NCBI GenBank assembly: GCA_963711305.1
Contig: CAVQDT010000009.1
Coordinates: 2,155-66,154, forward strand
Length of the DNA: 64,000 nt
Reading direction: 5' to 3'
DNA from: an uncultured Pseudomonadota bacterium
Lineage (GTDB): Bacteria > Myxococcota_A > Polyangia > Fen-1088
The notes beneath the pieces are model-generated. The model saw only the letters and a program-made list of their open reading frames with translations, did no database searches and had not been told where the DNA came from. Positions 55,631 through 64,000 of the stretch are shown piece after piece; within the stretch, counting starts at the first letter, position 1; each line of letters opens with the position of its first letter. A program made the translations under genes and the position numbers.

Positions 55631-56618
55631 ATGAGTCCGCTCGGTCGGCGTGGCCACGAACCGGTGGCGGCTCTGTTGATCACGGGCGCGTTCGCCGCCG
55701 TCGGGCTCGGTTCGTGTGCGAACATCTGGGGATTCGACGACCTCCGCGGCACGCGAGACGGTGGCTCGACGGATCCGCGCGTCACGTCGGTCGGCGTCGG
55801 CGCGGATGCCGGCAGCGGCGGGGACGTGGGATCGCCGGACGTGGGACCGCCGGACGTGGGACCGCCGGACGTGGGACGCGGGCCGGATGTGCCCGACTCG
55901 ATGAGCCAGGACGCGTCGCGCGATGCGACCGTTCGATGCCTCGAGCTCCGGCTCGCAGGACAGCGGGCAACGAGATGTGTCTGGCACCACCGGCCGGGAC
56001 GCTTCCGGCGATGCGGCCGTGGACGCGCCCCGGCCCCCGGTGGCCATCAGCATCGATTTCGTCGGTGGAGGCATTCCGATGGCTCCAACCGAGATCGCGG
56101 GCGTCTTTCGGGCGGCCCGGTGGAACAGCGCCGCGGGCGCGGCCGGCACGGTTTCGGCGCTGGTCCTGTCCGACGGAACTATCTCCCCGGCCGCGGTCAC
56201 CTGGGATAGCGGCGCCGTCTGGCAGCTGTCGGTGGCGGACGCCCCCGGCGATACGCGCATGATGACCGGTTATCTGGATCCGCGAACGACTTCCACGATC
56301 GTGGTGTCCGGCCTGCCCGCGTCGCTGACCGCCACCGGCTACGATGTCTACGTCTATGCGAACGGTGACGTCCCCGCGGGCATCACCCGTGCCGCGAGCT
56401 ACGGCGTTGGCGGACCCCTGCAGGTCGTAACGCAACCCGAGTTGACGTCGTTCTCCGGCACGTTCATTGACGCCCTCAATGGTGGATTCGGCAACTACGT
56501 CGTGTTCCGAGGCGTGACCGGCACGACCTTGACGGTGACGGTGCGGCCGGTTTCGGGGACCGGCCTGCGCGCGCCCGTCAACGGCATGCAGATTGTCACG
56601 ACGGGCGCCGGCCCCTGA
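55631..56618 (+). CDS. Lipoprotein with (DVGxP) repeats and a C-terminal beta-sandwich-like domain; 1 frame break near 55920
   Basis: Lipobox AVGLGSC followed by ANIWGFDDL. The C-terminal part is in ORF 55923..56618 and ends VNGMQIVTTGAGP. Confidence 0.6.
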
Positions 56619-56748
56619 CGACCGGCGCTCACCTCGAGCGTTCTCCTCGGAGATGGAAACAAAAGGCCGGTGAGCGGTCCCCCCTCCACCCGTTCCGCGG
56701 GTTACAGTGTCGGCGCAGTTCCCGGTCTCAAACTCGAGGGAGGCAATC

Positions 56749-59700
56749 GTGGCGAATGCTCGCGGCTGGATGAGCTGCTCGGCAGTGCTGGTCATCCTTC
56801 TGTCGACGGGAGCGGCGGCGCACGCTGCGCACGCGGCCCGACCCGATCCCGCGGCAACACCGGCGGACGCGGTGCCGGAGGCGCTGCGGCCCTGGATCGG
56901 CTGGGTGTTGCACGGCGACGCCGAGGAGCAGCTCGCTTGCCCGCAATTGAACGGCCGCGAGGACGATCGGGTCTGCGCCTGGCCGGCGCGCCTGTCGCTG
57001 GCGGTCACCGACAAGGGCGGCACGTTTTCGCAGGAGTGGGAGGTGTTTCATGCCGGGCTCGCCAAGCTGCCGGGCAGCGACGAGCACTGGCCGCTCGACG
57101 TGCGCGTCGACGGCAAACCGGCCGCCGTCGTGTCCAGCGACGACGATCCGGCGCTGGAGCTCGCGCCCGGCCACCACCAGGTGACCGGCCGCTTCGCCTG
57201 GGACGAGTCGCCGCCCGACAGCGTGGCGGTGCCGCCGGAGACCGGTCTGCTCGCGCTCACGGTCAACGGGAAGCGCGTCGACTTTCCCGTGCGCGACGAG
57301 GAGGGGCAGGTGTTCTTCGGCCGCAATGTCGAGGAGGTCGCCGAGGCCGACAGCATCGACATCTCCGTGCACCGCAAGCTGGTCGACGACGTCCCGCTGC
57401 GGCTGATCACGCGCCTGCAGCTGGCGGTCTCGGGCAAGAACCGCGAGGTGGTGCTGGGGCGCGCGCTGCCGGCGGGCTTCGAGGCGCAAGAGGTCGAGGG
57501 CGGCCTGCCGCTGCGCTTCGATCCGGACGGTCACGTTCGCATCCAGGTCCGGCCCGGCACCTGGACGATCCTGGTGACCGCGCGACGGGTCGCCGCCGGC
57601 GACAGCGTGACGCGCCCGCAGCCCGACGGGCTCTGGAAAGACGGCGAGGAGGTCTGGGTCTTCGAGAGCCACCCGGAGCTGCGCGTGGTCGAGCTGAGCG
57701 GGGCGCCGGCGATCGATCCGGCGCAGACGACGTTGCCCGACGAGTGGAAGGCGCTGCCCGCCTATGCGCTGCCGGCGGGCGCGACGCTGGCGCTGGCGGA
57801 ACGGCGGCGCGGCGACAGCGACGCCGGCCCCGATCAGCTGCAGCTGGAGCGGCGGCTGTGGCTGGACTTCGACGGCGGCGGCTACACCGTCAGCGACCAG
57901 ATCAGCGGTCGGTTCACGCGCAGCTGGCGGCTCGCGGGCGCGGCGCACACGCGCCTCGGTCGCGTCGCGATCAACGGCCAGGATCAGTTCATCACGCGCG
58001 ACGCCGACGGGCACGAAGGCGTCGAGATCCGCAGCGGCCGCGCCAACATCAGCGCCGACAGCCGCATCGAGGGCCGCCGCTGGCACGTGCCGGCGACCAG
58101 CTTCCTGCTCGACTTCCAGAGCGTCTCGACGGTGCTGATGATCCCGCCCGGCTGGCGCCTGATTCACGCGACCGGCGCCGACAAGGTGACCGGGACCTGG
58201 ATCGATCGCTGGTCGTTGCTCAGCTTCTTCTTGCTGCTGGTGACCACGCTGGCGGCGCAGCGCCTGTTCGGCTCGGGACTGGCGCTGGTCGCGTTCGTCG
58301 GGATCGGTCTCTCGATCACCGAGTCGGACGCGCCCGCCGCGGTCTGGCTGGCGGTGCTGCTGGGCGAGGCGCTGGCGCGCGCGCTGCGCACCGGCAAGCT
58401 GCATACGGTGGCGCGCTGGTATCGAATCGGCGCGTGGATCGCGCTCGCCTCGATTCTCTTTCCCTACGCCGTCGCAGAGGTGCGGCGGGGCGTGCATCCG
58501 GCCGCCGAGCGCGAACTGCTGGAGGGGGGAGCGGGCGAGGGCTATGTTCGGGCTCGCGATGAACGCGGCGCCTCCCCCTGCGCCCGCGGAAGCCTCCGCC
58601 CCGCTCGGCGGCGAGCATGCGCGCAACGGGGTCGCCGACCTCAGCGAAGATTCCCCTGCCGTCTCGTCGGTCGCTCCCAAGGCGATGGAGCAAAAGAAGG
58701 CCGGGGGCTTCCTGCGGGGCGCACCGGGTGGCTCCTCCGAGTACCGGGCCCGGCCCCAGAACAAGGCCGCCTCGCAGAATCGTGCCGTCTACGACCCGAA
58801 CGCCGTCGTGCAGACCGGTCCTGGGCTTCCGACCTGGAACTGGGACTCGGCCTCGCTGACGTTCAATGCGCCGGTTCGCCAGGATCAGGAGCTGCAACTG
58901 TGGCTGGCGCCGCCGCCGGTGAACCTGGCGCTGTCGCTGGCGCGCGCGGGGCTGCTGATCGCGCTGGCGCTGCTGATCCTGCGCCGGCCGATGCGCCTGC
59001 AGGGCGGGTGGCAGGCGGCGCCGCCGCTGCTCGGCGGCGCTGGAACCGTGCTGGTGCTGCTCCTCTCGACGACCGGAGCGCTGGCGGCCTCGTCCGGCGT
59101 GGCGCACGCGGCGGAGCCGAGCGACGCCGTCGCCGGAGCTGCTCGAGCAACTGAAGCAGCGCCTGCTCGAGCCGCCGCGCTGCGCGCCCGATTGCGGCGC
59201 CATCAACCGGCTCGCGCTCGAGGCGACGCGGGGCGAGCTGCGCCTGGTGCTGGAGGCATCGGCCGCCGCGCGCACGGCGATCCCGTTGCCGGGAAATCTC
59301 AAGGACTGGGTCCCGGCCGTCGTGCGCGTCGACGGAAAGGAGGCGCCCCCGCTGTCCCACACCGACGACGGCACGCTGTGGCTCGCGCTCTCGCCGGGCG
59401 CGTTTCGCGTCGAGATGACCGGCCCGCTGCCGCCGCGCGAGACCATTCAGATCGCGCTGCCGCTCAAGCCGCGGTTCGTGACCGCGCACGTGCGCGGATG
59501 GACGCTCGACGGACTGCACGAGGACGGCGCCGCCGACGAGAGCCTCAAGCTGTCGCGCGCCGGCCGGGGCGCGGAAAAGGAGGCGGCGCCGCCGGACGAA
59601 TCGGGCGTGTCGGTGTCGCTGGCTCCGTTCCTGCGTGTCACGCGCACTCTGCACCTGGGTTTGAAGTGGGAAGTCGAGACGGTGGTCGCGCGCGAGACGC

Positions 59701-61081
59701 CCACCGGCGCGCCGGTGGTGATCGACGTGCCGCTGCTCTCCGGCGAGGCGGTCACCACCGCCGGGGGTCCGCGTCGACAAGGCCAAGGCGGCGGTCAACG
59801 TCAGCCTCGGGCCCGACGCGACGGAGATGAGCTGGCAATCGACGCTGACCGAGTCCTCGACGTTGCGTCTGCGCGCCGATCCGGCGTTCGCGCGCCAGTG
59901 GCTCCGAGACCTGGCTGCTGGATCTCGGGGCCACCTGGCACGCGACGTTCGCCGGCATTCCGCCGATCCAGCGCGCCGACGCCGACGGCGCGCGCATCGC
60001 CGAGTGGCGCCCCTGGCCCGGCGAGGAGGTGCGCATCGAATTGAGCCGGCCCGCGGGCGCGGGCGGACAGACGTTGACCATCGACAGAGCCGTGCTCGAC
60101 GTGCACCCGGGCGCGCGCGTGACGCGGTCGTCGCTGGCGCTGGAGATCCGGTCGAGCCGCGGGACCCAGCATACGATCGCGCTGGCGGCGGGCGCGGAGC
60201 TCGAGACCGTCGCGCTGGACGGGCGCCCGTTGCCGCTGCACCTCGAGAGCGACGGGCGCCGCCTGGTGTTGCCGATCGCGCCCCGCAAACAGACGTTCGA
60301 GATCACCTGGCGCGAGCCGACACCGCTGACGGCGATCTTTCGCGCGCCCGCGGTCGACGTCGGCGTCCCCGCGACCAACATCATCACGCAGATCCACCTC
60401 GACGAAGCGCCGCGCTGGGTGCTGTGGGCGGCGGGCCCGCGCCTGGGACCGGCGGTGCACATCTGGAGCATCGTGGTCGTGCTGCTGGTGCTGGGCTGGG
60501 TTCTCGGCCGCACGCGCCTGACGCCGCTGCGCTGGTGGGACTGGACGCTGCTCGGCATCGGCATGGCGCAGCTGCCGCTGCAGGCCGCGGGCGTGGTCGC
60601 GCTCTTCCTGCTCGCGCTCGGGTGGCGCGCGCGGAACCCGATCGTCGCCGGGCGCGCGATCCTGTTCGACCTGTCGCAGATCGCGTTCGTCGGCCTCACC
60701 ATCGCCGCGGTGGCGATCCTGTTCGGCGCCATCGAGCAAGGGCTGGTGTCGCACCCCGACATGCGCGTCGTCGGCAACGGCTCGCACGATCAGCTGCTGC
60801 GCTGGTATCAGGACCGGACCGAGCCGCTGCTGCCCCGGCCCTGGATCCTGTCGGCGCCGCTCATGGTCTATCGCGGCGCGATGCTGGCCTGGTCGCTGTG
60901 GCTGGCGCTGGCGTGCCTGCGCTGGGCGCGCTGGGTCTGGACCTGCCTGCGCGAGCACGGCTGGTGGCGTCCGTTGCGCGCCCGACGCGCGGCGGCCGAG
61001 GCCCCGGCGGTGCCGTCCGGAGCGGGGCCCCCGAAGGAAATCAAACTTGATCAGAATGACCGTTTCCGGGAATGTCGATGA
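56749..61081 (+). CDS. Very large (about 1440 aa) multi-TM membrane protein of unknown function; about 4 frame breaks
   Basis: GGGAGG lies 6 nt before GTG 56749, followed by a signal peptide. Colinear pieces are in ORFs 56707.., 58544.., 59247.., 59827.. and 60029..61081. TM clusters at about 58200-58450, 58900-59100 and 60440-60950. Confidence 0.6.
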
Positions 61082-61084
61082 GTC

Positions 61085-62127
61085 ATGCTGCGCCCCCGTC
61101 GACTCTCCACGTCTGTTTGCGTCACTGCCTGCGCCGCCGCGCTGGCCATCGCGGCCTGTGAACGGCTCGGTGCTGACCACCGATCCCGGCGGCTCCGGGG
61201 GCGGGCCGGCGACCGCGACCGGCGGATCATCGGGAGAGGGTGGGGCGACCGGCACCGGACAGGGCGGAGCCTCGGGCACCGCCGGTACGACCGGGTCGGG
61301 CGGGGCCAAGGGACCAGGCACGGGCGGCGCCGGCGGGACCGGCAGCGGCGCCACCGGCAGCGGCGGCAGAACCGGCGCGGGGGGGATGACCGCGGCGGGC
61401 GGCCGCACCGGCGCGGGCGGCACGACTGGCACCGGGGCGCGACCGGCGCGGGCGGCGCGACCAACTGCGCGGGCACGCTGCCGGCGGGCGGGACGGTGCA
61501 CACCTCGATGAACCTCACGGGCGGGACCGGCGCGCTCAGCTGGTCGATCTGGACCAACACCGCCCCGGGGACGATCACCACTTTCAACGCGCCGGTGTTC
61601 AGCGCGTCGTGGAACGCGTCAGGCGACTACCTGGCGCGTCAGGGCTTCGAGTGGGGGAACAGCGGCAAGACGTTCGACCAGTTCGGAACGATCACGGCCC
61701 AGTTCGCCGAGACCAAGTCGGGTAGCGGTGGATCGGCTTCTCGTACATCGGGATCTACGGCTGGTCGACGAACCCGTGCATCGAGTACTACATCATCGAG
61801 GACTCGTACAACCGCATGCCGGTCAATCCGGGCAATACGACCCTCAAGGGCACGGCGATGATCGACGGCGCGACGTACAACCTCTACACGCGCCCGACGA
61901 CCGGAACCGGCGGCTCGCGGTGCACGGGCGTCAACAGCTGGACGCAGTTCTACAGCGTGCGCCAGACCGCCCGCCAGTGCGGGCAGATCTCGATCACCGA
62001 GCATTTCAAGGCGTGGGCCGCCGCGGGCATGACGCTGGGAAGCATGCTCGAGGCCAAGATCCTCATCGAGACCGGCGGCGGCACCGGCAGCATCAATTTC
62101 ACGACCGCGAGCGTGACCGCGCAGTGA
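61085..62127 (+). CDS. Lipoprotein GH11 endo-1,4-beta-xylanase; about 3 frame breaks
   Basis: Lipobox ALAIAAC, G/T-rich linker, then GIYGWSTNPCIEYYIIEDS, TQFYSVRQTARQCGQISITEHFKAWAAAGMTLG and LIETGGGTGS, which are GH11 hallmarks. Confidence 0.8.
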
Positions 62128-62178
62128 AGCGCTGAGTCGCGGTCGCCACGCTCGTCGGTGACCGCGGCGATCTCCGGT

Positions 62179-62290
62179 CCCCTCCCCCTGCCCGCAGGGG
62201 GAGGGCTAGGGAGAGGGCAAGCCTTGCGAGCCGCGGCGCGCGTGGGCCGCGTTCTTCCTTAACCCTCCCCCCGCGGACGGGGGGAGGGGA
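62179..62290. repeat. Two REP-like GC-rich hairpin elements (one type 2, one type 1)
   Basis: Perfect 11-bp stems at 62180-62205 (CCCTCCCCCTG/CAGGGGGAGGG, tail GGGAGAGGGCAAGCCTTGCG) and 62263-62288 (CCCTCCCCCCG/CGGGGGGAGGG, tail GGACCGG). Confidence 0.75.
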
Positions 62291-62388
62291 CCGGAGTTCC
62301 TCGCGCGACGTGCCGCTGCAATTCGCGCGGCTTTTTGGGGAGACTCCGATCGGGATTCGCAGACCCCGCGGCGGTGGTACGCTGAGGA

Positions 62389-63289
62389 ATGCGCCTGGTT
62401 TCGGTTTCGGCGCTGAGAGCGCTCGCGCTGATCGGGCTCGCAACGGGATGCACGAACGCGCAATCCGGCGGCGGCCCGGACGGCGCCGGCGGGCGCGCGG
62501 GCGCGAGCGGCTCTACCGACGCGCGCCCCGATACGTTGCGTGACGCCGCGATCGACAGCGGCGCGAGCGGCACGCTGCAAGCGCGGCATCGCGACCAACA
62601 CCGCGCCGGGCGCCGCGTTCGCTCCGTCGGTGGGCTGGTGGTACGACTGGTCGCCGCGCGTCGCGGGCGCCGGCTCGCCGCTGGAGTTCGATCCGATGAT
62701 CTGGGGCGCGATGGATCTCACCGCGACGCTGCCGGCGGCGTCGCACTACCTGCTCGGCTTCAACGAGCCCAACTTCCACGCGCAGTCGAACCTGACCGCG
62801 CAACAGGCGGCCGCCGACTGGCCGATGCTGGAAGCCAAGGCGAGCGCGTCGGGCGCCGCGCTGGTGTCACCGGCGGTGAACTTCTGCGGTCCCGCGACGT
62901 CGTGCAACGGCACCAGCCCCTATCAGTACCTGCGCGATTTCTTCGCGGCGTGCGCCGGCTGCCGCGTCGATCACATCGCCGTGCACTGGTACAACTGCGA
63001 TCTGCCGTCGCTGGTCGACTACCTGGAGCCGGGCGGCAGCCTCGAAGGCTTCGAGCAGTTCGGCAAGCCGATCTGGCTCACCGAGTTCTCGTGCGACGGC
63101 ACGAAGACCGCGGCCGATCAGGAGGCGTTCATGCGCGCCGCGATCCCGTACCTGGAAAACAACCCGCACGTCTTCCGCTACTCGTGGTTCAGCGCGGATC
63201 CGATCCCCAACGCGCGGCTGGTGAACAGCGACGGCTCACCGACCGCGCTCGGGCAGGTCTACATCGACCTGCCCGGCGGCTGTCGCTGA
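62389..63289 (+). CDS. Lipoprotein glycoside hydrolase, Glyco_hydro_cc (GH128-like); 1 frame break near 62560
   Basis: Lipobox LIGLATGC. WWYDW, LGFNEPN, HWYNC, PIWLTEFSC. Paralogous family to the 37961..38991 gene. Confidence 0.75.
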
Positions 63290-63311
63290 GCCGAGGCCCG
63301 TGCGGCGTCGA

Positions 63312-64000
63312 TCAAGGCGCGAGGAATCTCTCGAGCGTCTTGATGCCAAGGTCGAAGAGGCGCGGATCGCGCGGCGACTCCGCGACGCCCAGGTAGGCGC
63401 CGTGCTGTGCGCCCGGAAAGATCGCGAGCTGCCCGTGCTTCACGAGCTGCGCCAGCCGGACGGCGTGCTCGGGCAGGATCACGTCCTGATCGCCGAGCAC
63501 GACCAGCGTCGGCGCTTCGATCGCGCGCAGCTTTTCGTCGGGGATGTCGGGGAAGCTCTTCATCATCGCGACGGTCTTGGCGACGAACGCCTGCAGATCC
63601 GGGTGCGGCGCCGCGGCGAGATACGCCTCGCGCAGCGCCTTCGGCATCGCGGCGGCGTTGGGCGGCTGCTCGAATCCGGCCCGCAAGGCCGGGATCAGAC
63701 CGGCGTGCGCGTAGAAGCCGGAGCAGATGATCAGCCGGTGAACCAGCGACGGGTGTCGCACGGCGAGCTCGAGCGCGGTCCGTCCGCCGTTGGAGAAGCC
63801 GAGCACGTCGGCGTCGCGAATGTGTAATTGTTCGAGCAGCGCCGCAGTGTCGTCGGCCATCTGCTCGAAGGAGAGCGGGCGCGCGAGATCCGCGGTGTGG
63901 CCGTGGCCCTGCTCCTCGACCGCGATCACGCGATGCGCGCGCGCGAGGATCGCCAAGACCGCGCCGAAGCTGGTCTCGACGGTGGAGCCGCCGCCGTGGA
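63312..64000 (-). CDS. Alpha/beta-fold hydrolase, N-terminus outside window
   Basis: Nucleophile elbow GFSNGG and a C-terminal GAQHG (His). Frame open to the window end. Confidence 0.8.
   Translation of the reverse strand, partial: HGGGSTVETSFGAVLAILARAHRVIAVEEQGHGHTADLARPLSFEQMADDTAALLEQLHIRDADVLGFSNGGRTALELAVRHPSLVHRLIICSGFYAHAGLIPALRAGFEQPPNAAAMPKALREAYLAAAPHPDLQAFVAKTVAMMKSFPDIPDEKLRAIEAPTLVVLGDQDVILPEHAVRLAQLVKHGQLAIFPGAQHGAYLGVAESPRDPRLFDLGIKTLERFLAP

Overview
High-GC (about 70% by eye) chromosomal segment. Gene content suggests a myxobacterium (Myxococcota, Polyangiia-like): a Hanks kinase, many Gly-rich lipoproteins, PEGA proteins, and pilB-pilT-pilC-pilS in the Myxococcus xanthus order. 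This taxon call is an inference. Main blocks: (1) 1-4.9 kb: kinase tail, a cytochrome c/beta-barrel fusion, a pentaheme cytochrome and a BON protein. (2) 5-8.4 kb: two translationally coupled vWA lipoprotein paralogs. (3) 8.6-21 kb: a complete group 1h (high-affinity, Hhy-type) [NiFe]-hydrogenase locus with hypABCDEF, endopeptidase and accessory ORFs. (4) 21.1-23.7 kb: a lipoprotein with five tandem cytochrome-c-like domains. (5) 23.7-31 kb: type IV pilus pilS-pilC-pilT-pilB. (6) 31-39 kb: housekeeping genes (rlmI-like, rpoZ, panD and others). (7) 39-46.2 kb: the conserved MoxR/DUF58/DUF4350/DUF4129/RDD/SpoIIM-like neighbourhood. (8) 46-48.9 kb: ABC-2 exporter and Ku. (9) 48.9-52.5 kb: a low-GC patch (about 50-58%) around tRNA-Leu(CAA) with an orphan ORC/Cdc6-like AAA+ ATPase. 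(10) 52.5-64 kb: lipoproteins, PEGA proteins, a gene of about 1440 codons for a membrane protein, a GH11 xylanase and GH128-like hydrolases. About 23 genes are broken by single-base indels, mostly +1 in G/C runs, and the breaks are clustered. I read them as probable sequencing or assembly errors and annotate each broken gene as one CDS. Three loci carry related REP-like GC-rich hairpin elements. No CRISPR array, integrase, transposase or rRNA was seen. Most long antisense ORFs in the supplied track are high-GC artefacts.
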